64,000 nt of DNA from Dehalococcoidia bacterium (GTDB lineage: Bacteria; Chloroflexota; Dehalococcoidia; Lucifugimonadales; Australimonadaceae). This document shows, piece by piece, positions 1 through 9,076 of this stretch. The stretch covers positions 1,987,957 to 2,051,956 of the forward strand of contig OZ242348.1 in the NCBI GenBank assembly GCA_965208625.1. Reading direction: 5' to 3'. Below the pieces are notes generated by a model that did no database searches, was not told the origin of the DNA, and was given only the letters and a program-made list of their open reading frames with translations. How positions within the stretch are numbered: position 1 is the stretch's first letter; each line of letters starts with the position of its first letter. The position numbers were made by a program, and so were the translations under genes.

Positions 1-887
1 ACGAAGTGGTGCACCGGCTCCACCGAGATGGTCTCGACCGGAACGATGTCCAGTGGCGCTCCGTCCGAACGCAAGGTCTCGAAGGAACTGAGGTTGATCT
101 CCAGCGCACAGGAGACCTCGCCGGACGCCACCAGGTCGCCGACGACGCCGTTGCCGCGCTGTGCCTTGAGGTCGTTCGCCTTCACGGCAGCCAGGTACTC
201 CGCAACCCGGTCCTCCTCCCAGAGGCCGGGGCGCGAGTCCCCGTACTCAGGCAGGTTCGTCAGGTAGATGAAGCCCTTCAGCCGGTTCTCGACAACGATT
301 TCGCCCTCGAGGCTCGGGTCGAGCAGGTCCTCGTAGGACTGCGGGAACTCGCTCGCTGAGAGCCTGTCGGTGTTGCAGATGGGCGCGTGCGGCACACCCA
401 CCTTCAGCCAGATGCGGTTGTCCGAGTAGACGAGGTTCGGGTCGACGCCAAGCTCCTCGACGATGTCCGTCAGGTCTTCGGCGAGGTCCTCCTCGATAAC
501 ACGGTTGTCACGGCCGGGGTCGGTAACGTCAACCGTAATCTTGCCCGCCTGCGCCTCCAGGAAGAGACGCTCTCGCAGCTCGGCGCTGTTCGCGGTGATG
601 AGGCTCACCGCGACGCCGGGGTACTTCGCCTCGAAGGCGCCGATAATGGCGGTGGTGCGCTCTTCCGTGTCGGTCGTCGCCCAGACAATCCCGCCTTCCT
701 GCTGCGCCGCGGCGTACAGCTGCTCCAGCAGGCCGGGCACCGGCGTCGGGGTCGCCTGGGGTGCCGGCGTAGGAGTCGGAGTCGCGGTGGGGTCGCTCCC
801 GCAGGCAGCAAGCGACGCCACGGCCATCAGAGCCGCGAGCGCTACCAGCGCAGCACGCGCACCGGTGTAGACAGCTTTCCCTCTCAT
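1..887 (-). CDS. ABC-transporter substrate-binding lipoprotein (family-1 / Fe3+-type SBP-like), C-terminal part cut by window edge
   Basis: Absent from the ORF track because it runs off the left edge. Reverse-strand reading from ATG 887-885 (GGGAGGA SD upstream) gives [41 protein letters not shown]... This is a signal peptide, a lipobox Cys and a PT linker, followed by LLEQLYAAAQQEGGIVWATTDTEE..AFEAKYPGV (SBP N-lobe). The frame stays open to position 1. Confidence 0.7.
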   Translation of the reverse strand, partial: MRGKAVYTGARAALVALAALMAVASLAACGSDPTATPTPTPAPQATPTPVPGLLEQLYAAAQQEGGIVWATTDTEERTTAIIGAFEAKYPGVAVSLITANSAELRERLFLEAQAGKITVDVTDPGRDNRVIEEDLAEDLTDIVEELGVDPNLVYSDNRIWLKVGVPHAPICNTDRLSASEFPQSYEDLLDPSLEGEIVVENRLKGFIYLTNLPEYGDSRPGLWEEDRVAEYLAAVKANDLKAQRGNGVVGDLVASGEVSCALEINLSSFETLRSDGAPLDIVPVETISVEPVHHF

Positions 888-1069
888 GTCATCCTCCCTG
901 TGACGAATGAGGGATATCCCACCTGTGCTGCGTCGGTTCGTGCGGGGTCCACATACGGGGCAGGCAGGCTGGGCATAACCCACTCGGGAACCTAACACTG
1001 CGTATGCAGAGCGTCAACGCGCAGGCAGCACGAGGGTCAGAAGGGGGATGTTCGGAGCGCCGGTACGGT

Positions 1070-2338
1070 TCAGACGCGTGCCAGGGAGGGGTCCATGCGC
1101 GGGAGGAGGTCGGTGCGCCAATCGTCGGCTGCGGCAAGGACGCTCTCGGCGGCGCGCAGCTCGTAGTAATTGGGCGAAACGCCCGGCGGGTCGCCGCCGT
1201 CCTGTACGGTCCGCACCGCCTCTTCAAGCAGCTTTCGCGCGGTGATGATCGCCTTGTCCGCAGGCCCAAGATGCTCGCGGGAGCGGTCCACGATGGGGCC
1301 CATCATCTCCTGCACCGCGCGGTCCTGGGTGTTGATGCCAACGATGCCGGTGAACGTCTCAGTCTTCTGCGCAGCACGATCGATCAACCAGCTGTTGGAG
1401 CGATTGCGGATGGCGCGGAATCCGTTCTCCGCGTCCACGTCCACACCGAAGATGTTGCCCGTTTCCTCGGGCCCGGCCTCGCCCTTGTCCAGCGGCATGG
1501 CCTCGTTGTAGTACCAGTTCCACACGAGGCAGTGGTAGTCGTCTATGGGCACCCAGTGGTGGCCGTGCGTCTGGTTCTGCACTCCCCTGCCCGCCGGGCG
1601 CAGCTGCGTCCACGGCATCACGAAGTGGTAGCCGCGCACGTACTGCTGGTCCGTGCCGAGTTGTCGGATGCCGAAGTAGCGATAGCCATAGTCGGTCACG
1701 TCCACTTCCAGCGACGGCGCGGCGCCCTGTACGAATGCATCGTTCACCGGTATGCCGGGCTGTGACGGGTTCGCACGCAGCGCCCGGTGCATGATGGGCG
1801 CGTGCGAGGTGTCTATCCCGCCTTCCAGCGCCTGCAGCCAGTTGCACTCCTCCACCACCTTCGTCACCACGCGATGCTCAGCAGGCACGCTCGTCCACGC
1901 GAAGTTGGGGGGTGGGGGCTGCTTCTCCTTCGGCCCCATGTACACCCACAGCACGCCTCCCACCTCGGCGACGGGGTACGAGACCGTCTTGACCTTGGAC
2001 GCAAACTGCTTCGGCTCGTTCATCTGGTCGACGCACTGGCCCGTCACGTCGAACTTCCAGCCGTGGTAGACGCAGCGCAGGCCGTTCTCCTCATTCCGGC
2101 CGAGCCAGAGCGACGTGAGCCGGTGCGGGCAGTATTCGTCGAGCACGCCCACGCGTCCGCTCGTGTCGCGGAACGCAACGAGGTCCTCGCCGAGAAGCCG
2201 CAGGCGAACGGGCGTACAGTCCGCTTCGGGCAACTCCCAATCGAGCAGCGCCGGCAGCCAGTAGCGACGCAGCGTCTCGCCCATGGGCGTGCCGGAGCCG
2301 ATACGGGTGAGCAGTTCATTCTGCTGAGCTGTGAGCAT
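1070..2338 (-). CDS. Rieske [2Fe-2S] aromatic-ring-hydroxylating oxygenase, alpha subunit (phthalate/VanA-type class)
   Basis: 422-aa ORF. Rieske motif CPHRLTSL...CVYHGWKF; mononuclear-iron region NWLQALEGGIDTSHAPIMH. Confidence 0.9.
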   Translation of the reverse strand: MLTAQQNELLTRIGSGTPMGETLRRYWLPALLDWELPEADCTPVRLRLLGEDLVAFRDTSGRVGVLDEYCPHRLTSLWLGRNEENGLRCVYHGWKFDVTGQCVDQMNEPKQFASKVKTVSYPVAEVGGVLWVYMGPKEKQPPPPNFAWTSVPAEHRVVTKVVEECNWLQALEGGIDTSHAPIMHRALRANPSQPGIPVNDAFVQGAAPSLEVDVTDYGYRYFGIRQLGTDQQYVRGYHFVMPWTQLRPAGRGVQNQTHGHHWVPIDDYHCLVWNWYYNEAMPLDKGEAGPEETGNIFGVDVDAENGFRAIRNRSNSWLIDRAAQKTETFTGIVGINTQDRAVQEMMGPIVDRSREHLGPADKAIITARKLLEEAVRTVQDGGDPPGVSPNYYELRAAESVLAAADDWRTDLLPRMDPSLARV

Positions 2339-2438
2339 CTTGTGACACGCCTCCGAACGGCAGGGCTATCCGCAAGATACTCCCAGCCCCACGGACGGGC
2401 AAGCCTCCATGCCTCCACAATGAGACACCCAAATCACA

Positions 2439-4319
2439 ATGGATGCGGTACGATGCACCAGTACTCTTCTACCATCCTCCCCGACAGCCTCTGAGCAGTA
2501 TCGCTTGAACACCATCTGCCCGCAGTGCGGCACCGCGAACGCCGTCCACCACCACTTCTGCTTCTATTGCGGTTATGCGCTCATGCCCGCCGGTGTTCCC
2601 GCGGCCTCAACGCCTCCACGACCAACCCCATGGGGGGCGTCCATGGAAGTGGTCGCCAAAGGTATCGTGACAGGCTGGAGCACAGCACTGGGGCTGAGCC
2701 GACGAGTGGCCGGAGCGTTCAAACCCCTGGCGGGCGCGTTCACCGCTCTTCCCGTGTTCGCCAGGCGGCCGGCACGCGCAGGCAGCCGGATACGGCTGTG
2801 GGAGATAGCAGTCATCGCGGCGCTGACCTTCGTCGCAGCGGTCATCCGTACCCAGAACCTCGAGACCGTGCCGCCCGGGGTCGCGAACGACGAAGCGGAG
2901 TTAGCCCTTGAGGCGCTGCGGATCTCACAAGGCGAGATTTGGCCCGGCGCCTGGACCGGCGTCACGCTGGGCACACCCGCAGGGCTCGTCCACTTGCAGG
3001 CGCTGCTCCTGCTCTTTCAGGACCCAAGCATCGCCACGGCCCGGTGGAGCGCCGTGCTTCCCGGGGTCGCGCTCATACCCGTCGCGTACCTCCTGATGCG
3101 GCAGCTCTTCTCCGCCCGGACGGCCATCCTCACCGCGGCGTTCCTCACTTTCCACGTCTGGGTCCTCGTCTTCAGCCGCATCGCATTCCCGGCGATGCCC
3201 GCCGTCTTCTGCTTTGCGGCAAGCATCTGGCTGCTCATCGCAGGAGTCCGCTCGAACCGTTGGTGGGTTGCGGGGCTCGGAGGCGTCCTGTTCGGGCTCG
3301 GGTGGTACACGTACAAGTCGTTCCCTGTCTACGCCATCGCGGTGTGGGGAGTGCTCGTCCTCTTCCTGCTGCTGCGCCCGGAAACGCGACGCAAGGAGGT
3401 CTACTGGTTCCTCGGCGCTTCTGTCGCGGTCAGCGCGCACATGGTCCTCTTCTACCTCACGTCGGACGTCATCGAGGCGTCCCTGCGCCTGTACGACAGA
3501 ACGCCTCTCTCGCCATTGCCCCTCATCAGCCGGGCGTGGGAGGTCATCACTTACGTCCACACGCCGATGCCGCGCGAGGGTAACGTCGGCACCGGAGGGA
3601 TACCGCTGCTGCACTTCAGCACGGAGGTCTTCTTCTGGACAGGGCTGGCAACGCTCCTCCTGTCCATCAGGAGACGCCCCAGCCAACTGCTGCTCGCAGG
3701 CTGGCTCATCTCGCTCGTGCCCGCGATTCTGACACCCGACGCGGAAAGCCGGCGTTACCTGCTCGGCATCTTCTTCGTCCTGGCTATCGCGGCTGTTGGG
3801 CTGGACAGCATCGTGTCACTGGTGCACAACCGCTGGAACAGGTTTGCCGGCGCGCTCCCCATCCCCATCCTTGCGGGGTGGTTCGGAAACGCGGTAGCCG
3901 CTATCACGCTGGCTGCGTTCGTGCTGCTCTTCGCCGGGCAGCAGGCTCAGGACTACGACGACTGGCTCGTCGAATCGGAGTGGGCGCTCGCCCGCAAGGA
4001 GGTCGAGGCGGTGCGGTTCGCGCAGTCCCTGGGCACCGGGTACGAGGTGCGCTTGTACAACGATCGCCTGCCCCGGACGAACGCCGTCGTGCAATGGTTC
4101 CTTCACGATACCGAAACCACCAACGGCAGCCCGATCTTCGGTGGGAGCGGTGAGATAGACGCTGAGACGGTGGGGGGGCCGACAGTCTGGCTGTTGGCCG
4201 AAAACTACCTGACGCTCATCCCGCAGTTGGAATCGAGCTTCCCCGAGGGGAGCCTCACGTTCGAGAACAACGAACAGGGAGAGTTGCTCTACGCGGCGTA
4301 CGTGCTGGATACCACGTAG
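2439..4319 (+). CDS. Polytopic membrane protein: N-terminal zinc ribbon fused to a GT-C (ArnT/PMT_2, GT39-like) glycosyltransferase-like domain
   Basis: 626 aa. CPQCGTANAVHHHFCFYCGY zinc ribbon. At least 10 hydrophobic helices follow, with an NDEAELALEALRI first-loop motif typical of PMT_2/ArnT-like enzymes, and a soluble C-terminal domain. Confidence 0.6.
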   Translation: MDAVRCTSTLLPSSPTASEQYRLNTICPQCGTANAVHHHFCFYCGYALMPAGVPAASTPPRPTPWGASMEVVAKGIVTGWSTALGLSRRVAGAFKPLAGAFTALPVFARRPARAGSRIRLWEIAVIAALTFVAAVIRTQNLETVPPGVANDEAELALEALRISQGEIWPGAWTGVTLGTPAGLVHLQALLLLFQDPSIATARWSAVLPGVALIPVAYLLMRQLFSARTAILTAAFLTFHVWVLVFSRIAFPAMPAVFCFAASIWLLIAGVRSNRWWVAGLGGVLFGLGWYTYKSFPVYAIAVWGVLVLFLLLRPETRRKEVYWFLGASVAVSAHMVLFYLTSDVIEASLRLYDRTPLSPLPLISRAWEVITYVHTPMPREGNVGTGGIPLLHFSTEVFFWTGLATLLLSIRRRPSQLLLAGWLISLVPAILTPDAESRRYLLGIFFVLAIAAVGLDSIVSLVHNRWNRFAGALPIPILAGWFGNAVAAITLAAFVLLFAGQQAQDYDDWLVESEWALARKEVEAVRFAQSLGTGYEVRLYNDRLPRTNAVVQWFLHDTETTNGSPIFGGSGEIDAETVGGPTVWLLAENYLTLIPQLESSFPEGSLTFENNEQGELLYAAYVLDTT

Positions 4320-4337
4320 GCTCCGAGCGAACAGCGG

Positions 4338-5066
4338 TCAGACGGCTGTCGCCGCCAGCTTGGTGACACGCGGGTCGTCCAGCGTGAGCGTGGTGCAGCC
4401 GAGGTCGATCAGCATCAACGCCTCATCGGGCGAGTCGATGCCGAACGCCCGCACATCGACGCCGAAGCCATGGGCGAGTTCCAACAGCCCGCTGCTCACC
4501 TCTTTCGCGTTGACTGCGAGTTCTTCCACCCCCAGCAAGGCGGCCTCGACCACCGAGGTACCGGTGAGCGTGCCGTGACGCACTCCGAGCGTCCAGCTCA
4601 GACGGATGTTTCCGTCGAGACGGTGGGCGTGCTGGAGCTGGCGCAACTCCGTGCCGGTGAGCCAGACACGATGCGACATCCCCGTGCGGCAGGCCACACC
4701 GGCCACCGCGCCCGGCAATGCCGGGCCGGACTGTTTCATGTCTATGTAGAAGTCGATATGGGAGTCGAACCCAGTGAGCAGTGCTCGCAGGTCGGGTACG
4801 CCGAAGCCGGCCAACTGATCCCCTGTGAAGCCCTGCACCGCGCCCGTGTACGTGGTAGTGCGGTCCAAGCGGTCGTCGTGGATAAGGACGACGCGCCCGT
4901 CCGATGCGAGCCGGGCGTCGGCCTCTATCGCGGCCACTCCGGCTAGAACCGCCTGCCGGAAAGAGGCCATCGTGTTCTCCGGAGCGAGCGCCGCAGCACC
5001 CCGGTGACCAACGATACGAAGTGTACTGAGAGCGGTCACGCTTCTCCTGACGTACTCTGTACCCAT
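4338..5066 (-). CDS. Glycerophosphodiester phosphodiesterase (GDPD family)
   Basis: 242 aa. VGHRGAAALAPENTMASF...EADARLASDGRVVLIHDDRLDRTT matches the GDPD catalytic N-terminus. Confidence 0.85.
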   Translation of the reverse strand: MGTEYVRRSVTALSTLRIVGHRGAAALAPENTMASFRQAVLAGVAAIEADARLASDGRVVLIHDDRLDRTTTYTGAVQGFTGDQLAGFGVPDLRALLTGFDSHIDFYIDMKQSGPALPGAVAGVACRTGMSHRVWLTGTELRQLQHAHRLDGNIRLSWTLGVRHGTLTGTSVVEAALLGVEELAVNAKEVSSGLLELAHGFGVDVRAFGIDSPDEALMLIDLGCTTLTLDDPRVTKLAATAV

Positions 5067-5181
5067 TCTAGTATGGCGCTACTTGGCGAAGGTAGGGTTT
5101 AGTGGACCGCAAGCGGTCTGTTCGCGGAATGCGCTGCTTGCGCGGCTTTCTACTTTCCGGTAATACAGAGCGAGAGTTCTT

Positions 5182-5589
5182 ATGGACCCATCCTTCTCCG
5201 ACATAACCCGCGAAGCCTGGCTCCTCTTCGGTGCTGTTCAGCTAGCCGCAGTGGTTGTATTCCTGACCGTCCGGCCCATCAGCAGGTGGGCGACCCGCGA
5301 GTTGAGAGGCTATAGCGCCACTTCGTGGACGGTTCCTCCCCTCTGGGTAGGGATCGGGAACGGCATCATCGAACGTCTGCTGATAGGAGGAGTCGTCTTC
5401 CTCTCTCCGGAGGATGCGGTGCTGGCCGGTATCGCCTGGCTCACACTGAAGACGGCACTCTCGTTGCGGGGGTTCTGGGGAGAAGATACCGCGCGCAGGG
5501 TGAACGGCATCATCTTCCTCTGGACGTCCGTCGCTTCCATGCTCGTTGGGGCGGCCTCCGGCTTTCTCCTGCGAGCCCAGGCGGCTTGA
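5182..5589 (+). CDS. Small integral membrane protein, unknown function
   Basis: 135-aa ORF with 4 hydrophobic segments. It ends 2 nt before the MATE start. No recognisable motif. Confidence 0.5.
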   Translation: MDPSFSDITREAWLLFGAVQLAAVVVFLTVRPISRWATRELRGYSATSWTVPPLWVGIGNGIIERLLIGGVVFLSPEDAVLAGIAWLTLKTALSLRGFWGEDTARRVNGIIFLWTSVASMLVGAASGFLLRAQAA

Positions 5590-5591
5590 AC

Positions 5592-7019
5592 ATGCGCCCC
5601 ACGCGGCACGGACGCATGCGCTCCGCGTACGCGACGCGCGACCTGACGCAGGGCGGCGTGCGGCGCAACCTCTGGTTCATCGCGTGGCCGCAGATGGTGG
5701 CCGGCGTCTTCAATGCGTCCGACCAGCTTGCCGACATCTTCTGGGCCGCGAAGGTCGCCGGGTTCAACGCTATAGGCGGGATCGGCGTCGCGCAGGCGTA
5801 CGGCCACCTCATCATGATGGCGCGGATGGGGCTGGACGTGGGGATGCAGGCCGTCATCGCCCGGGCGGTCGGCGCACGGCGGATCGACCTCGCGAACCAC
5901 GCCATGATGCAGGCGTTCACGCTCACGTTCCTCCTCTCGCTCGTGCTGACCATCTTCGGGATCCTGTCCGCCCCGCTCCTGCTCCGCATCGTAGGCGTGA
6001 GCGAGACGGTCGCAGACATAGCGGTCTTCTACCTGCAGTTCCAGTTCGTCTCGTCGGGGATCCAGAGCTTCCGACAGACCACCGGAGCGGCACTGCAGGC
6101 GTCCGGCGACACCTTTACGCACATGAAGTCCACGATAGCGTCGCGCGTGCTGCACCTCATCATCAGCCCGTTCCTCATCTTCGGCTGGTTCAGCATGCCG
6201 GAGATGGGCATCGCCGGAGCGGCGGCAGCAAACGCCGCGGCGCAGGTCGTGGGCGTTGTCTGGAACCTGTACGCGCTCAGCTCGGGCTCCTCGCGGCTCA
6301 AGCTTTCGCTGCTCGACTACCGCGTGGACCTGCCGCTGATGTGGCGCATCATCAAGATTGGCGCTCCCGCTACGGCGACACAGATGGAGCGCGGCCTCTC
6401 CGAGATGGTGCTCATCAGGCTCGTCTCTCCCTTCGGGGACCTTCCGCTGGCGGCATACTCGCTGACCCGCAGGCTGGAGCGGATGACGAACATCGGCAGC
6501 CAGGGGATGGGGCGGGCGTCCGGCATCCTGGTCGCGCAGAACCTCGGCGCGGAGCAGCCAGCCCGCGCGCGGAGCACCGTCAAGTGGGCTGTGGGCTATG
6601 TGATGGTCATAAGGGGCGCTGCGGGCATACTACTCATCGTTTTCCCGGAGTTCTTCGTCAGCCTGTTCAGCAGTGACCCGGAGTTCGTCGACACCGCCGT
6701 AGTCTGGCTGCGCATACAGGCCGTGGCGGGCACTCTGCTCGGCGGCGGGCAGGTGTTCCAGCAATCGTTCAACGTGGCAGGCGACACCCTGGCGCCCATG
6801 CTCGTGACGTTCATGAGCATGTGGGTGATGGAGATCCCGATAGCGTTCGTGCTGTCGAGGTGGACATCCGCCGAAGCGCTGGGTATCGCCATCGCGATCG
6901 CTATCGCGATGCTTATCCGATTCGCGCTCTACGGCGGCTACTACTTCACAGGGAGGTGGTTACGTATCGGTATCCTGCCCCCGCCCTCGCCTGCCGAAGA
7001 GCCTGCCCGGTCGCCCTGA
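5592..7019 (+). CDS. MATE family efflux transporter
   Basis: Lies in the frame of ORF 5325..7019. ATG at 5592 gives MRPTRHG..RDLTQGGVRRNLWFIAWPQMVAGVFNASDQLADIFW (typical MATE N-terminus). 12-TM profile. Confidence 0.85.
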   Translation: MRPTRHGRMRSAYATRDLTQGGVRRNLWFIAWPQMVAGVFNASDQLADIFWAAKVAGFNAIGGIGVAQAYGHLIMMARMGLDVGMQAVIARAVGARRIDLANHAMMQAFTLTFLLSLVLTIFGILSAPLLLRIVGVSETVADIAVFYLQFQFVSSGIQSFRQTTGAALQASGDTFTHMKSTIASRVLHLIISPFLIFGWFSMPEMGIAGAAAANAAAQVVGVVWNLYALSSGSSRLKLSLLDYRVDLPLMWRIIKIGAPATATQMERGLSEMVLIRLVSPFGDLPLAAYSLTRRLERMTNIGSQGMGRASGILVAQNLGAEQPARARSTVKWAVGYVMVIRGAAGILLIVFPEFFVSLFSSDPEFVDTAVVWLRIQAVAGTLLGGGQVFQQSFNVAGDTLAPMLVTFMSMWVMEIPIAFVLSRWTSAEALGIAIAIAIAMLIRFALYGGYYFTGRWLRIGILPPPSPAEEPARSP

Positions 7020-7026
7020 CGCAGCG

Positions 7027-7593
7027 TTAGCGGTTCAGCTCTATCGGCTGCGAGCATTCACCCGTGGCCTCGTCTATGTGCTCAAGTCGCTGACCACGGC
7101 CCTTCATCAGCACGAGTTCCACGGCGCCTTCGGCCTCCGCAGCTTGGCGGTGCACGTTGAACGGCCCGTCGTACAGGTAGCCGAACTCTCCGGGCAGGAT
7201 GTGGTGGTCCTGCACCAGTTCCAGCGTCGCGAGCGGGCTCGAGCCGTCGTCGACGCGGCGCCATGACGTGTAGCGCTCGCTGCCCTCCAGCAGGCCGATC
7301 ACGACCCAGCCCTCGTGGCTGTGGATGGCGGTCGGCGTGTTCGGCGGGTACTGCGCGAGCAGCAGGCGGAACAGGCCGTCGGGGTCGTCGTACAACTTCT
7401 GTCCCGGCAGGCCTGAGCTGATGGTGGCAGGCTCGCCGATGCTCCAGAAATAGTCCCGGCTGTTCTCCCCACCGAAGCGTTGCAGCAGGTGCCCAAGCTG
7501 GAGGATCGACTCCATGCCGGATTCATTGACGTTGAGCGACCGCCTTACATCATGGCCGAATTCTTCAACGGTGTAGCGGCTGACTATGCTCAC
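7027..7593 (-). CDS. Cupin-fold protein (cysteine dioxygenase type I-like)
   Basis: 188 aa. TAIHSHEGWVVIGLLEGSERYTSW ... FNVH gives a cupin His pattern. Confidence 0.6.
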   Translation of the reverse strand: MSIVSRYTVEEFGHDVRRSLNVNESGMESILQLGHLLQRFGGENSRDYFWSIGEPATISSGLPGQKLYDDPDGLFRLLLAQYPPNTPTAIHSHEGWVVIGLLEGSERYTSWRRVDDGSSPLATLELVQDHHILPGEFGYLYDGPFNVHRQAAEAEGAVELVLMKGRGQRLEHIDEATGECSQPIELNR

Positions 7594-7722
7594 GAAGGCC
7601 TCCTCGTGCAGGTTGCATCATGTTGGACATAACGATGAACCAGAGAATCCTACTATTATCAGTTCTCCGGAGACCTGCAACCCGAATTATCCTGAGACAA
7701 TGTATCGGATGGGTTGTGTTAG

Positions 7723-7751
7723 TAGTCAGTAGTTGTTGCATGCACTATAAT
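7723..7751 (+). promoter_or_regulatory. Candidate sigma70-type promoter of the amino-acid ABC operon
   Basis: TAGTCA-N17-TATAAT (-10 at 7746-7751) in a 230-bp AT-richer intergenic region, about 75 nt upstream of ATG 7825. Confidence 0.4.
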
Positions 7752-7824
7752 CCGTCAGCGAGACGGCACCATCCGCCGCCAAGCTTCGGCACTGGAACGA
7801 AACGAACCTTGGGAGGGTCATCAG

Positions 7825-8964
7825 ATGAAAGTGCGAATGTTACTGGTCATATCGGTTCTTGCGGTCGCCTTGACCGCGATGGTCGCCTGTGGCGACGACG
7901 GAGAATCGGAAAGGGTTATGGAGCTCGAAGCTGAAGTGGCTTCGCTCCAGTCCGAGATCTCCACGCTCGAGGGGCGACAGGCAGCGGAAGACACGCTGGG
8001 CGTCGTGCTCGACCGCGGCAACCTCGTTTGTGGCGTCAAGGCGGACACCCCCGGCTTCGGCGTCTTCAACCCGGACGGCTCCGTTGACGGGAACGACGCG
8101 GACTACTGCCGCGCCGTCGCCGCCGCTGTCTTCGGTGACAGCAGCAAGGTTGAGTTCAAGGAGGCCACTTCGGCCAACCGGTTCGAGCTTCTTGCCGCCA
8201 GGGAGATCGACGTGCTCATCCGCACCACCACGTGGACGGCAAGCCGGGACGCAGACCTGAACGTCGCTTTCGCGCCCACCACCTTCTACGACGGTGCTGG
8301 CATCATGGTGAAGGCAGACGCCGGCCTGTCGAGCGTGAGTGAGCTCGGCGGCGCAACCATCTGCATCCTGGACGGCACCAGCACCCAGGGCGCAGTTTCC
8401 GACTTCTTCACGGAGCAGGGTCTGCGCTACGAAGAGTTGACCTTCCAACAGAACCCCGAACTGCGCGCCGCCTTCATCAGCGGTCAGTGCGACGCCTGGT
8501 CATCGGACAAGTCCCAGCTGGGCGGCCACCAGTTCACACTCCAGACCGACGACGGCATCTCGGCTGTCGTACTTCCCGAGACGCTCTCCAAGGAGCCGCT
8601 CGGCCCCAGCGTCCGTGACTACGACTCCGAGTGGGAAGACCTCGTGCGCTGGGTCGTCAACGGCATGATCATCGCTGAGGAGCAGGGAGTTACCTCCGGC
8701 AACGTCAGCCAGATGGCTGCCAACCCGCCGAACAACACCGTTGCCCGCCTGCTCGGCGTTGGCTTCGACGGCGGCGCTCCGAGCAACCTCGGTATCGGCC
8801 ACGGCAAGATCGCGGGCACGTTCATGCAGGACGTCATCGCCCAGGTCGGCAACTACGGCGAGGCCTACGACGCCACGCTCGAAAGGGTCGGACTCACACG
8901 CGCGGGCTCCCCGAACGCCTCCTACCTGGACGGCGGTCTCATCTACGCCCCGCCGATGCGCTAA
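7825..8964 (+). CDS. aapJ: General L-amino-acid ABC transporter substrate-binding lipoprotein (AapJ/BztA-like)
   Basis: 379 aa. Signal peptide plus lipobox (MVACGDDG); polar-amino-acid SBP body (LVCGVKADTPGFG...DADYCRAVAAAVFGD). Followed by two permeases and an ATPase in aapJQMP order. Confidence 0.8.
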   Translation: MKVRMLLVISVLAVALTAMVACGDDGESERVMELEAEVASLQSEISTLEGRQAAEDTLGVVLDRGNLVCGVKADTPGFGVFNPDGSVDGNDADYCRAVAAAVFGDSSKVEFKEATSANRFELLAAREIDVLIRTTTWTASRDADLNVAFAPTTFYDGAGIMVKADAGLSSVSELGGATICILDGTSTQGAVSDFFTEQGLRYEELTFQQNPELRAAFISGQCDAWSSDKSQLGGHQFTLQTDDGISAVVLPETLSKEPLGPSVRDYDSEWEDLVRWVVNGMIIAEEQGVTSGNVSQMAANPPNNTVARLLGVGFDGGAPSNLGIGHGKIAGTFMQDVIAQVGNYGEAYDATLERVGLTRAGSPNASYLDGGLIYAPPMR

Positions 8965-8987
8965 CCCAAGCGCGCATAGACAAGAAC

Positions 8988-9024
8988 GAGCGGGCAGGAA
9001 TTGACGATTCCTGCCCGCTCTTGT
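8988..9024 (+). terminator. Intrinsic-terminator-like hairpin after the SBP gene
   Basis: Perfect 14-bp stem GAGCGGGCAGGAAT / ATTCCTGCCCGCTC with loop TGACG, followed by TTGTC. Starts 24 nt after the stop at 8964. Confidence 0.6.
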
Positions 9025-9076
9025 CAAATAGCGCCGGTCACACCGTCTGTGAGGGCGAGACCGGCTGGTTCATACA

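Noticed and set aside
5325-5591. N-terminal 89-codon extension of the MATE ORF (track start 5325).
   Set aside because: The extension overlaps the separate membrane-protein gene 5182..5589 in another frame and has Arg-rich composition. The MATE-family N-terminus begins at ATG 5592.
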